DNA of 12,415 nt from a virus (taxonomy: Duplodnaviria; Heunggongvirae; Uroviricota; Caudoviricetes). The DNA lies in the IMG/VR virus record IMGVR_UViG_2609459834_000014; one strand, written 5' to 3'. Below the pieces are notes generated by a model that made no database searches, was not told where the DNA came from, and worked only from the letters and a program-made list of their open reading frames with translations. Numbering within the stretch: position 1 is the stretch's first letter; each line of letters opens with the position of its first letter. The position numbers and the translations under genes were made by a program. Positions 1 to 8,053 of the stretch are shown here, in pieces.

Positions 1-933
1 ATGGACAACGACAAAATTGATCAACACAGCGACGAAATTGAAGTTGAGAGCGAAGAAAAAGAGCGCGGCAAAAAAATAGAAATAGATGAAGACCGACTCC
101 CCTCCCGGGCGATGGCAATTCATGAGCATATCCGCCAGGATGGTGAAAAAGAGCTGGAACGCGACGCAATGGCGCTACTGTGGTCAGCCATTGCGGCGGG
201 TCTGTCGATGGGCGCTTCGTTACTGGCAAAAGGGATATTTCATGTCGAACTGGAAGGTGTGCCGGGCAGCTTCTTGCTGGAGAATCTCGGTTATACCTTT
301 GGTTTTATTATCGTCATTATGGCCCGCCAGCAATTATTTACCGAAAATACCGTGACTGCGGTACTACCCGTCATGCAAAAACCGACAATGAGCAACGTCG
401 GCTTACTTATACGGTTATGGGGCGTCGTGCTGCTGGGTAATATTCTCGGGACAGGTATTGCGGCGTGGGCATTTGAATATATGCCTATCTTCAATGAAGA
501 AACTCGCGATGCATTTGTCAAAATCGGCATGGATGTGATGAAGAACACCCCCAGCGAGATGTTTGCCAACGCGATCATTTCCGGCTGGCTGATCGCCACT
601 ATGGTTTGGATGTTTCCTGCAGCGGGTGCGGCAAAGATTGTGGTGATTATATTGATGACCTGGCTTATTGCCCTGGGTGACACCACCCATATCGTGGTCG
701 GTTCTGTTGAAATCCTCTATCTGGTGTTTAACGGTACGCTGCACTGGAGCGATTTCATCTGGCCCTTCGCACTACCTACTTTAGCGGGGAACATCTGCGG
801 CGGCACCTTTATCTTCGCGTTAATGAGTCATGCACAGATTCGTAACGACATGAGCAATAAGCGTAAAGCAGAAGCACGCCAAAAAGCAGAACGTGCGGAA
901 AACATTAAGAAAAATTATAAAAACCCGGCATAA
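1..933 (+). CDS. yfdC: FNT-family (formate/nitrite-transporter-like) inner membrane protein YfdC
   Basis: Complete 310-aa ORF, ATG at 1 and stop at 931-933. Several long hydrophobic segments are consistent with a polytopic membrane protein. I recognise the translation as E. coli YfdC, the chromosomal gene directly upstream of argW. G+C is host-like, about 50% by eye. Confidence 0.85.
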   Translation: MDNDKIDQHSDEIEVESEEKERGKKIEIDEDRLPSRAMAIHEHIRQDGEKELERDAMALLWSAIAAGLSMGASLLAKGIFHVELEGVPGSFLLENLGYTFGFIIVIMARQQLFTENTVTAVLPVMQKPTMSNVGLLIRLWGVVLLGNILGTGIAAWAFEYMPIFNEETRDAFVKIGMDVMKNTPSEMFANAIISGWLIATMVWMFPAAGAAKIVVIILMTWLIALGDTTHIVVGSVEILYLVFNGTLHWSDFIWPFALPTLAGNICGGTFIFALMSHAQIRNDMSNKRKAEARQKAERAENIKKNYKNPA

Positions 934-968
934 ATGGCGAGGGTTTAAGCAATCGAGCGGCAGCGTAC

Positions 969-997
969 TTACCCCGCACTCCATTAGCGGGTATACT
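969..997 (+). promoter_or_regulatory. Putative sigma70 promoter for the tRNA gene
   Basis: TTACCC (969-974), 17-bp spacer, TATACT (992-997), ending about 11 bp upstream of the tRNA 5' end. Pattern match only. Confidence 0.3.
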
Positions 998-1008
998 CAT
1001 GCCGCATT

Positions 1009-1081
1009 GTCCTCTTAGTTAAATGGATATAACGAGCCCCTCCTAAGGGCTAATTGCAGGTTCGATTCCTGCAGGGGACAC
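1009..1081 (+). tRNA. argW: tRNA-Arg (anticodon CCT)
   Basis: Cloverleaf read by hand. Acceptor GTCCTCT (1009-1015) pairs with AGGGGAC (1073-1079); anticodon stem AGCCC/GGGCT flanks loop CTCCTAA with U33-CCT-A37; T-arm GCAGG-TTCGATT-CCTGC; discriminator A at 1080. The sequence then reads CTTT, so a full CCA is not encoded at this junction. Confidence 0.9.
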
Positions 1082-1255
1082 TTTAAAGACCTTTCTCTAC
1101 ATTTCACTTCATTACATAACCACTTAAAAAAACAGTAAGTTATCACCGAATCGGCCTGATTTTCATTTCAGTTAATTTCATGACATTACAACCTCGTGAT
1201 GGTATAAGTGATGGTATTCCCCAGTTCGATATGCAGATACCATCAATTTACCAAA

Positions 1256-2542
1256 ATGAGTACAGATATGGCCATTAATGTGCTTTCCCCCAAACAGATA
1301 GAAAACGCCAAGCCGAAGACCAATGATTACAAACTTACCGATGGAGGGAGTTTGTATCTACTGGTACGAAAGACTGGTGGAAAATACTGGCGTATGAATT
1401 ATCGTTTTGATGGAAAACAAGTGACATTGGCATTAGGGGTCTACCCAGATGTCTCACTTGCAACAGCGCGGAAACGGCGTGATGAAGCCAGGCAACTACT
1501 AGCCGATGGTCGTGATCCTCGCGAAGCAAAGAAACCCAAAAAGGAAGACCCAATTTCCCCCACGTTCGAGAGTGTTGCCAGAGAGTGGCATAGTGGAACG
1601 ATGGGGCATCCTGAGTGGAAAGAGATCACCCGTAAAAAAATTCTCCGAGAAATGGAAAACCACCTCTTTCCTGCCATCGGTTCAAAGCCTATCGATACGC
1701 TCAAAACCCGTGACTTGATGCCGATGCTGGTTGAGATGACTGAGAAAGGAATTGGTGCCACAACGAGCCGGGTAAAAACCACTATGACGAGCATCTTCCG
1801 TTATGCCGTGCAACGTGGAATTGTCGATTACAACCCTGCCCACGATCTAAAAGGTGCAATTACGACCCCCAAAGTACGACATCGCCCCGCACTACCTCTC
1901 GAACGTTTACCTGAACTGTTAGCGAAAACGAGAAGTTACACGGGAAGACCATTGACTCGCCTAGCAGTTCTATTTTCCCTGCACACTTTTGTGCGATCCA
2001 GCGAACTACGACATGCCAGATGGGAGGAGATCGACATTGAAAATGGGCTATGGACGATACCAGGACAACGTGAAGAGATCGCAGGGGTTAAATTCTCAGA
2101 GCGGGGTGCAAAGATGGGGGCTGCTCATTATGTCCCGCTATCTAGTCAGGCTATCGGGGTACTGGAGGATATAAGGAAAATCAGTGGTGAATATCTGCTG
2201 GTTTTCCCCGGTGACAGCAACCCATATAAACCGATGAGCGAAAACACAGTTAATAAAGCACTGCGAACGATGGGTTACGACACTCAAAGTGATGTTTGCT
2301 TGCATGGGTTCAGGGCGATGGCCTGCTCTGCACTGACCGAATCAGGACTCTGGTCACGCGATGCAGTTGAACGGCAGATGAGTCACCAAGAAAGAAACGA
2401 AGTGCGGGCAGCATATGTGCATCTTGCGCAGCACATGCAGGAACGCCGCAGAATGATGCAATGGTGGTCTAATTATCTGGAACTAAATAAGGACGAATTT
2501 CATGCTCCTTATGACTTATCAGGTATTAACATTATCAATTAA
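1256..2542 (+). CDS. int: Tyrosine site-specific recombinase (P4-type integrase)
   Basis: The N-terminus (LSPKQIENAKPKTNDYKLTDGGSLYLLVRKTGGKYWRMNYRFDGKQ...LALGVYPDVSLATARKRRDEARQLLADG) matches the conserved P4-integrase arm-binding domain. The C-terminal catalytic region carries R...HGFR...Y-type residues (LHGFRAMACS, RAAYVH). Start is ambiguous: GTG 1208, ATG 1256 or ATG 1268, none with a strong Shine-Dalgarno. Stop at 2540-2542. Confidence 0.88.
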   Translation: MSTDMAINVLSPKQIENAKPKTNDYKLTDGGSLYLLVRKTGGKYWRMNYRFDGKQVTLALGVYPDVSLATARKRRDEARQLLADGRDPREAKKPKKEDPISPTFESVAREWHSGTMGHPEWKEITRKKILREMENHLFPAIGSKPIDTLKTRDLMPMLVEMTEKGIGATTSRVKTTMTSIFRYAVQRGIVDYNPAHDLKGAITTPKVRHRPALPLERLPELLAKTRSYTGRPLTRLAVLFSLHTFVRSSELRHARWEEIDIENGLWTIPGQREEIAGVKFSERGAKMGAAHYVPLSSQAIGVLEDIRKISGEYLLVFPGDSNPYKPMSENTVNKALRTMGYDTQSDVCLHGFRAMACSALTESGLWSRDAVERQMSHQERNEVRAAYVHLAQHMQERRRMMQWWSNYLELNKDEFHAPYDLSGINIIN

Positions 2543-2572
2543 ATTTTCTTATAATTTAAAACAGAGGTCATA

Positions 2573-3454
2573 ATGCAGCATTCAAAAGAGAATGAAACTA
2601 TATTCTTAGGAAATCTATGGATTGACAAAAAAATACCACCATTAGAATATTGTTCATTTGAACGCGCTTCAAGACTATTAGAATGCGAGATTGATGATTT
2701 ATTACACCTATACGAAATAGGCGCCTTTAATATCGCATTCAAGGCGGATGGACTTGCAGTTAGATTTAATGTTAATTTCCTCTATAAAAATCAGAAAATG
2801 GAAATTGACTTAATTCATCCCGTATTAACTAATCAATCACTAGAGATGGAATTTTCAACAATATGGTATGACCTTAAAGATGACTCCTTTGAACATTTTG
2901 AAAATGGGCTTCAAATTATAGGATTTGCCTGTGGTATTTGGTACGCCGATGATATGATAAGTGACATAAAAAATGGATTAGCTATAGATCCAGATTATGA
3001 ATTCAGGCTTAAACCGGTAAAAATACGAGATAATGTTTTGATGGCAACGGCCTCATATGAAGGAAATAAGGTCATTGATATTCCATTTGAAGATCTTCTT
3101 ATCATGCGAAGAGATTTAGAGTTAATATGGAAATCAGTAAAAACTGGAATTCCTATGCCAAGTTTACTTACGAAAAGAATTTCATCTGAACCTAAAATCC
3201 CCAAGCGATTAAATAACACTGCTGAGCATCATGCAAAAAATAGGGAGGGGTTATTAAATGCAGCCATATATATATTAGCAAAATACCCAAGCGAATGTCG
3301 TGGTGAAAGAAAAGAGATAAGTCCTGAAAAGTGGACTAACGCCATAATTAAACATTTAGGAGAGCTACCTCCAATATTTATCACTAATGAACAAGAAATC
3401 TTAAGAAAATTACGATTAGCGGTTAATCATGCGGGATTGAAACAAAAGGGGTAG
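2573..3454 (+). CDS. Hypothetical protein, 293 aa, AT-rich orphan cargo gene of unknown function
   Basis: ATG at 2573 preceded by AGAGGT (2562-2567) at 5-nt spacing. G+C is clearly low (about one third by eye) against the flanking integrase and alpA. I recognise no catalytic motif or family. Confidence 0.7.
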   Translation: MQHSKENETIFLGNLWIDKKIPPLEYCSFERASRLLECEIDDLLHLYEIGAFNIAFKADGLAVRFNVNFLYKNQKMEIDLIHPVLTNQSLEMEFSTIWYDLKDDSFEHFENGLQIIGFACGIWYADDMISDIKNGLAIDPDYEFRLKPVKIRDNVLMATASYEGNKVIDIPFEDLLIMRRDLELIWKSVKTGIPMPSLLTKRISSEPKIPKRLNNTAEHHAKNREGLLNAAIYILAKYPSECRGERKEISPEKWTNAIIKHLGELPPIFITNEQEILRKLRLAVNHAGLKQKG

Positions 3455-3491
3455 ACTGAAACAATCTACAGGTAGAGTTGATTACACTACC

Positions 3492-3548
3492 TTCACAGCA
3501 TTTTGATATCCCCATAGTATCTGCCGTGTTCATTACATAACACGGCAG
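3492..3548 (+). promoter_or_regulatory. Putative alpA promoter with a 10-bp perfect inverted repeat over the predicted start site and 5' UTR
   Basis: TTCACA (3492-3497), 17 bp, TAGTAT (3515-3520). Perfect inverted repeat CTGCCGTGTT (3521-3530) / AACACGGCAG (3539-3548) with 8-bp spacer CATTACAT, ending 8 bp before the alpA ATG. Confidence 0.35.
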
Positions 3549-3556
3549 GTAATTTC

Positions 3557-3772
3557 ATGACATTAAAAACTTATCCTATCACTGGACATGCCCGCCCACG
3601 AGCTACTGCTGACTTTTTGCAAATAAGTACGGTTACTCTCTGGCGCTGGGAAAAGAACAATCCTGAATTTCCCAAATCTATACGCATTTCAAAACGGGTA
3701 TCTGTTTACGATGCACAAGAAATTAGGCAGTGGGTTAAAGCTCAATCAGCAGGATTGGAGGAAGTAGTGTAA
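3557..3772 (+). CDS. alpA: AlpA-family phage transcriptional regulator (helix-turn-helix; excision/activation control)
   Basis: 71-aa ORF. The segment FLQISTVTLWRWEKNNPEFPKSIRISKRVSVYDAQEIRQWV matches the AlpA/Vis-type HTH pattern (x-T-hy-Y/W-x-W ... FPK ... V-x-W ... EI-x-W). Position right after the integrase module is typical. Confidence 0.8.
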   Translation: MTLKTYPITGHARPRATADFLQISTVTLWRWEKNNPEFPKSIRISKRVSVYDAQEIRQWVKAQSAGLEEVV

Positions 3773-3821
3773 TGACAATATTAACAAAGCTGGGGAGAAA
3801 AAAGCCTCCCCAACGTATTAA

Positions 3822-4016
3822 TCAATTCTTTGGTTCTAAACCTCGGCTTTGTAACTCTTTGCGTAGAATGCGCTTGATCCAAGCCGCTAGCGATTCATCG
3901 CCATCCTGCTGTTGTGCTTGTTCCATCAGTTCACGCAGTTCAGGGTCAAGTCGGAACTGGAATGGCGGATTCCCACGTCTTTCATTTTTGTGTGTTGACA
4001 CGTCAATTACACCCAT
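3822..4016 (-). CDS. Possible ribbon-helix-helix (CopG/Arc-like) small DNA-binding protein, 64 aa
   Basis: The translation FQFRLDPELRELMEQAQQQDGDESLAAWIKRILRKEL has the strand-helix-helix layout of RHH repressors. It is divergent from the downstream operon and next to a perfect palindrome. Weak points: no clear Shine-Dalgarno before its ATG (4014-4016 on the - strand), and it overlaps a low-complexity + strand ORF. Confidence 0.4.
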   Translation of the reverse strand: MGVIDVSTHKNERRGNPPFQFRLDPELRELMEQAQQQDGDESLAAWIKRILRKELQSRGLEPKN

Positions 4017-4049
4017 TGTAATGTATTTATGTGTAATGACACATTACAC
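3995..4049. promoter_or_regulatory. Strong rightward sigma70 promoter with an adjacent perfect palindromic operator
   Basis: TTGACA (3995-4000), 16 bp, TGTAAT (4017-4022) on the + strand. It is followed by the perfect inverted repeat GTGTAATG-ACA-CATTACAC (4031-4049); further GTAATG/CATTAC-like half-sites lie at 4003-4023. Located between the RHH-like ORF and the Icd-like-to-primase operon. Confidence 0.45.
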
Positions 4050-4132
4050 ACAGAAAAACAAAATAGCAACGCCCCGGAGTGTTTGCAGCACCACCGAGGC
4101 GTCTGACCAGCACGTTATATGAGGTAACGAAG

Positions 4133-4309
4133 ATGGCTAAACAGAAGTGTACCTGGTTATTTGCGGCGATCAACCGCAGTCAACGTAATGCCCGTCCGGT
4201 GATGTTAAGGATCACCGCAGATAACGAGCGATCAGCGCGGCGCAGACTTGCCCCGGACTATGTACTGAGCTTTGCCGGGCGCATTCCCTGCGGAGGTGAA
4301 CATGCGTAA
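4133..4309 (+). CDS. Small Icd-like (phage cell-division-inhibitor family) protein, 58 aa
   Basis: ATG at 4133 preceded by GAGG (4121-4124). The translation MAKQKCTWLFAAINRSQRNARPVMLRITADNERSARRRLAPDYVLSFAGRIPCGGEHA resembles, from memory, the short Icd-like proteins found in P4-like satellites. The ORF track extends it to an upstream GTG at 4079. Confidence 0.5.
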   Translation: MAKQKCTWLFAAINRSQRNARPVMLRITADNERSARRRLAPDYVLSFAGRIPCGGEHA

Positions 4310-4661
4310 TTATCCGCATCCCGGCGAACGCTGGCAGCATGAACGTGGCTGGACGGTCACGATTATCCGATTAATAGAAGCCTCGCCCTCTGTGGCGCTG
4401 GTTAATCCTGAATTCAGCTGTGAAGTGCTGATACGTCATGACAGCGACAACCAGCTTTCTTCCTGCCCTCTGGCATGGTTTGAACAGCGATATACGCGCC
4501 TGTTTGATGTACCGCTCTTTAAGCCTGCACCAGCTCCTGCAGGCGGTAGTGGTTCCGGCCCGCTGACACTGCATCCGTCTGTGCTATTTATCCGCTGGCG
4601 GGAGCGTAGCATATGGCGTTCTGCTGAGCCTGATGACGGTCACTATTCAAAGTTTCTCTGA
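4302..4661 (+). CDS. Hypothetical satellite protein, 119 aa
   Basis: ATG at 4302 preceded by GGAGG (4292-4296); overlaps the stop of the Icd-like ORF by 8 nt, suggesting translational coupling. High G+C like the island core. Contains a Gly/Pro/Ala-rich linker (PAPAPAGGSGSGP). Confidence 0.6.
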   Translation: MRNYPHPGERWQHERGWTVTIIRLIEASPSVALVNPEFSCEVLIRHDSDNQLSSCPLAWFEQRYTRLFDVPLFKPAPAPAGGSGSGPLTLHPSVLFIRWRERSIWRSAEPDDGHYSKFL

Positions 4662-4692
4662 CAAAACACCGCTGAAAACGGAGTAATCCACA

Positions 4693-4977
4693 ATGAATAT
4701 TTCAAACGGGCACAACGGTGCTCAGGGCCAGACTTTGCCTGAAAAACACAATACCGGTGCTTTTGCCTATGGGTTGTCAGAGGACGGTTTCGGAAAGCTG
4801 ACCCGCGCAAGAAATGCCTGCGACATGCTCCAGCTTCTCTTTTCTGAATACCCGTCTCAGGCCGGAGCACTGGACGCAGGCTGTGCGCCTGGTGTCGCCG
4901 CGCTGATGGAGTACCTGCGGGCAGATTTGACGGATATTGCGCACAGCTGTGCACTGATTGAAGGAGGTGCCAGATGA
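4693..4977 (+). CDS. Hypothetical satellite protein, 94 aa
   Basis: ATG at 4693 with GGAG at 4679-4682; same orientation and composition as its neighbours. Its size and position upstream of the primase recall P4 epsilon, but I see no sequence support for that. Confidence 0.55.
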   Translation: MNISNGHNGAQGQTLPEKHNTGAFAYGLSEDGFGKLTRARNACDMLQLLFSEYPSQAGALDAGCAPGVAALMEYLRADLTDIAHSCALIEGGAR

Positions 4978-5357
4978 ACCAGCCGCAGGTTTCCATTTTC
5001 CCGGCAGAAATGACCACCGCGCTTTACCGGCGGGCTATTGCTTCAGCATGGCGGCAGAAAATGCTGAACGAAACTGGCAATGATCAGTATGGTCCGCACA
5101 GCCTGACGGTGGAGCGTATTGAAATGGCCATTGCGCTGCATATCGAGTGCGCACTGATTAACGAGTACGGCGAAGCACAGGGCGCCGCTGCCGCGCTGGC
5201 ACTGCTAACTGACATGCTGGAGCCGTCACTGCTGACCGCGCCGCCGGTACTGACCGCGCGCGGTTGTGAAGTAATGGCGGAGATGTACCGCACGCTTCCG
5301 GCGGCCTTTGATGACTTCTGCAGTACCGGTGTGACGTTGTATCAGGGGGAAGTATGA
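4974..5357 (+). CDS. Hypothetical satellite protein, 127 aa
   Basis: ATG at 4974 preceded by GGAGGTG (4963-4969); 4-nt ATGA overlap with the preceding ORF, and its stop overlaps the primase start. Confidence 0.6.
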   Translation: MNQPQVSIFPAEMTTALYRRAIASAWRQKMLNETGNDQYGPHSLTVERIEMAIALHIECALINEYGEAQGAAAALALLTDMLEPSLLTAPPVLTARGCEVMAEMYRTLPAAFDDFCSTGVTLYQGEV

Positions 5358-8026
5358 CAATACAGACGGTTACGCAGATTTCAGCCGCCGCACGGGGGAA
5401 ATGGCCCGTTATTCTCCAGATGCTGCGTATTGATGTACCTGAAAACGGCAGGCACGGTCCCTGCCCGAAATGTGGGGGCAAGGATCGTTTTCGCCTTGAT
5501 GACCTTGACGGGCGCGGGACGTGGATCTGCAGCCAGTGTGGCAATGGTGACGGTCTGGATCTGGTTAAGCTCGTAACCGGTTACAGCGTCAGAAAGGCTG
5601 CGCAGGAGGTGGCGCAGGTGCTTAATGTGCCGGATGTGCAGGAACTGCCTGTTAAGCCTGCCAGACAAAAAGCCCCTAAACGCGACATGGGGCTTACCGT
5701 GGCGGCGCTGATGAAAGAGAGCCACACGGGAGAAAGCGCCTATCTGACAGGAAAAGGGTTCGCCGGATACCCGGCCTCTCTGACCGGAAGCGTGCAGCAT
5801 ATCAGCGGTAAGGATTTTCCTGCCGGTTCCCTGCTGTTACCACTCACGACCAACACCGGAGCCGTGACCGGTGCACAGCTTATCGCCCCGACGGGTGAAA
5901 AAAGCATACTGCCCGGCAGCACGATGAAAGGCGCGTTTGTGTCGCTCAGCCCGTTACCGTCTGAACCACCGGTACAGGTGGTGATTACCGAAGGTTACGC
6001 TACGGCGCTGACGGTAAGTCAGCTCACTGCCGGATGCGTAGTGGCTGCCATATCTGCGGGCAACCTGCCCAATGTGGCGCAGTCGCTGCGGGCACGCTGG
6101 CCTGAGGTAAAAATTATCATCGCCGGTGATAACGATTTTCAGGACGGAGGTGAGAATCCCGGCAGAGCCTTTGCTGAACGGGCGGCAAAAGCTGTTGGCG
6201 GCTGGATGACGCTGCCACCAGGAGAGATTAAGGCTGACTGGAATGACTTTCATCGGGAGCACGGTATTACCCGTGCCCGTGAAGCCTTTCGCAACGGTCT
6301 GGTACTGTGCGGGGAAGGCCGCACGCAACTGCCGCACGGGTTCCGTCTTACCCAGGAATATCTCTGGTATGAAAAGCAGGTACAGCGCAACGGTGAGACG
6401 GAGATCCAGAACGTCAAAATATGCAGCCCGCTGCGCGTGACGGCAATCACCTGCGATGCCGATGGCGGTAACTTCGGACGACTGCTGGAATGGGAAGATA
6501 CGTGGGGTGAGTGTCGCCGCTGGGCGATGCCGATGGAAATGCTGAGCGGCAGTGGTGAGGAACTGCGCCGGGTACTGCTGGTTAACGGGCTGTCTTATAT
6601 CAGCACCACCGGTGAGGCACGCGCACGCCTGATGGAATATATCTCACTGTGTAAACCGGAACGCCGCGTGACCTGCGTCAGTCGTACTGGCTGGCATGGT
6701 CAGGTTTACGTCCTGCAGGATGAGGTCAGCGGTGAAGGTGCAGAGGGTGTCATTCTCCAGACCACTTCCGTGCAGGGGCGTGATTTCCGCGTGTCGGGCA
6801 CAACAGAGGAATGGCGGGAGCATGTATCCCGCTACTGTACCGGCAACTCCCGCGTGGCATTTGCTGTCAGCCTGGCCTTTGCTGCACCACTGTTACGGCT
6901 GGTTGGTATGGACGGCGGCGGCTACCACCTCAAAGGGGAATCGACAGACGGTAAGACCACCACCATGAAAGCGGCAACCTCCGTCTGCGGCGGGCCTGAC
7001 TACTGGCAGACATGGCGGGCCACCGGCAACGCGCTGGAGGGATGCGCCAGCCGCCGCAACGATGCCGCCATGATGCTTGATGAGATCCGGGAAGTTGACG
7101 GACGCGAGGCAGGCAATATCGCCTACATGCTGGCAAACGGTCAGGGCAAGGGCCGTGCCGGTACGGACGGTGAGCTGCGTACCCGTAAGCAGTGGCGCCT
7201 GTTGTTCTTTTCAACTGGCGAGTTGTCTCTGACCGAACATGCGGCAAAGGCCGGTGAGCGTACTTTTGCCGGGATGGAAGTCAGGATGATCCAGATCCCC
7301 AGCGATTCCGGGAAGTTTGGCGTTTTTGAGGAGCTGCACGGCTTCGACAGCGGCAAGGCTCTGGCAGAGCATCTTGAATGGGCCACGTCCTGCTACTACG
7401 GTTCGCCGTTCCGGGAGTGGCTGAAAGCACTGACCGCTGATCTTAACGGACTAACGGCACAGGCAAAATCGCTGATGAAGGAATATGCTGCCGCCCTGAC
7501 TCCGAAAGATGCAGGCAATCAGGTGGGCCGGGCTGTGAACCGCTTTGCTCTGGTGGCGATGGCAGGTGAACTGGCAACCCGTCTGGGTATCACCGGCTGG
7601 CCTGAGGGTGAAGCACTGCGGGCAACCCGCGTCTGCCTGAACGCATGGCTGAAAGATCGCGGGCACACCGCCAATCAGGAAGATATCGCCGCACTGGAGC
7701 AGGTTCGCAGTTTCTTTACCGCGAATCAGTACAGCCGCTTTGCAGACTGGTATGACGAGCGCAACCGCCCCGGCAATATGGTGGGCTGGCGCAGGGTGGA
7801 GAAAGGCAGTACCGCGCAGGGCACGGAAGCTGTCACTACGTTCTATGTCATGCCGTCCGGCTGGAAAGAAATCTGCAGGGGATTTGACCCGCGCAAGGTG
7901 GCGCGTCTGTGCGCAGATCGTGGATACCTGCTGCCCTCCACTGATGGCAAACTCCAGACAACCATTCGCCCGCCAGAGATGAATCCCCGCAGGCTCTATG
8001 TCTTCAACAGCGAGGTGCCGGGTTAA
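5354..8026 (+). CDS. Primase-helicase (P4 alpha-like replication protein: zinc ribbon, TOPRIM primase, Walker-A NTPase)
   Basis: 890-aa ORF, ATG at 5354 after a GGGGGAAG tract. N-terminal Cys4 ribbon (CPKCGG...CSQCG). TOPRIM signature with a conserved Glu (VVITEGYATAL) and acidic DxD cluster (IIAGDNDFQD). Walker A GESTDGKTT further downstream. Followed immediately by an iteron array. Confidence 0.9.
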   Translation: MTIQTVTQISAAARGKWPVILQMLRIDVPENGRHGPCPKCGGKDRFRLDDLDGRGTWICSQCGNGDGLDLVKLVTGYSVRKAAQEVAQVLNVPDVQELPVKPARQKAPKRDMGLTVAALMKESHTGESAYLTGKGFAGYPASLTGSVQHISGKDFPAGSLLLPLTTNTGAVTGAQLIAPTGEKSILPGSTMKGAFVSLSPLPSEPPVQVVITEGYATALTVSQLTAGCVVAAISAGNLPNVAQSLRARWPEVKIIIAGDNDFQDGGENPGRAFAERAAKAVGGWMTLPPGEIKADWNDFHREHGITRAREAFRNGLVLCGEGRTQLPHGFRLTQEYLWYEKQVQRNGETEIQNVKICSPLRVTAITCDADGGNFGRLLEWEDTWGECRRWAMPMEMLSGSGEELRRVLLVNGLSYISTTGEARARLMEYISLCKPERRVTCVSRTGWHGQVYVLQDEVSGEGAEGVILQTTSVQGRDFRVSGTTEEWREHVSRYCTGNSRVAFAVSLAFAAPLLRLVGMDGGGYHLKGESTDGKTTTMKAATSVCGGPDYWQTWRATGNALEGCASRRNDAAMMLDEIREVDGREAGNIAYMLANGQGKGRAGTDGELRTRKQWRLLFFSTGELSLTEHAAKAGERTFAGMEVRMIQIPSDSGKFGVFEELHGFDSGKALAEHLEWATSCYYGSPFREWLKALTADLNGLTAQAKSLMKEYAAALTPKDAGNQVGRAVNRFALVAMAGELATRLGITGWPEGEALRATRVCLNAWLKDRGHTANQEDIAALEQVRSFFTANQYSRFADWYDERNRPGNMVGWRRVEKGSTAQGTEAVTTFYVMPSGWKEICRGFDPRKVARLCADRGYLLPSTDGKLQTTIRPPEMNPRRLYVFNSEVPG

Positions 8027-8053
8027 GGCTTTGCGTGAGTCTTATTTATTAAG

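Noticed and set aside
86-744. Four ORFs overlapping yfdC in other frames or on the - strand (86..355 +, 180..440 +, 291..686 -, 415..744 -)
   Set aside because: They lie entirely inside a well-supported membrane-protein gene, have no ribosome-binding sites and have odd Cys/Arg/Trp-rich composition; these are shadow ORFs.
1180-1278. Short ORF (about 32 codons) starting at the ATG inside the repeated TAATTTCATGACATTA motif upstream of int
   Set aside because: Too short, no ribosome-binding site, and it ends within the integrase start region; more likely a regulatory repeat or duplication relic.
3791-3812. Hairpin TGGGGAG-loop-CTCCCCA that could be a bidirectional terminator between alpA and the RHH-like ORF
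   Set aside because: The stem is real, but no U-tract follows it on either strand (the T-run sits in the loop on the - strand), so it cannot be called an intrinsic terminator.
3772-4122. 116-aa + strand ORF between alpA and the Icd-like gene
   Set aside because: Low-complexity Ser/Cys/Arg-rich translation with no Shine-Dalgarno; it runs across the promoter and palindrome and overlaps the more protein-like - strand RHH candidate.
5381-7666. Several - strand and alternate-frame ORFs of 60-139 aa inside the primase-helicase gene
   Set aside because: GC-rich antisense shadow ORFs with Arg/Pro/Ala-rich translations inside a gene that has clear catalytic motifs on the + strand.
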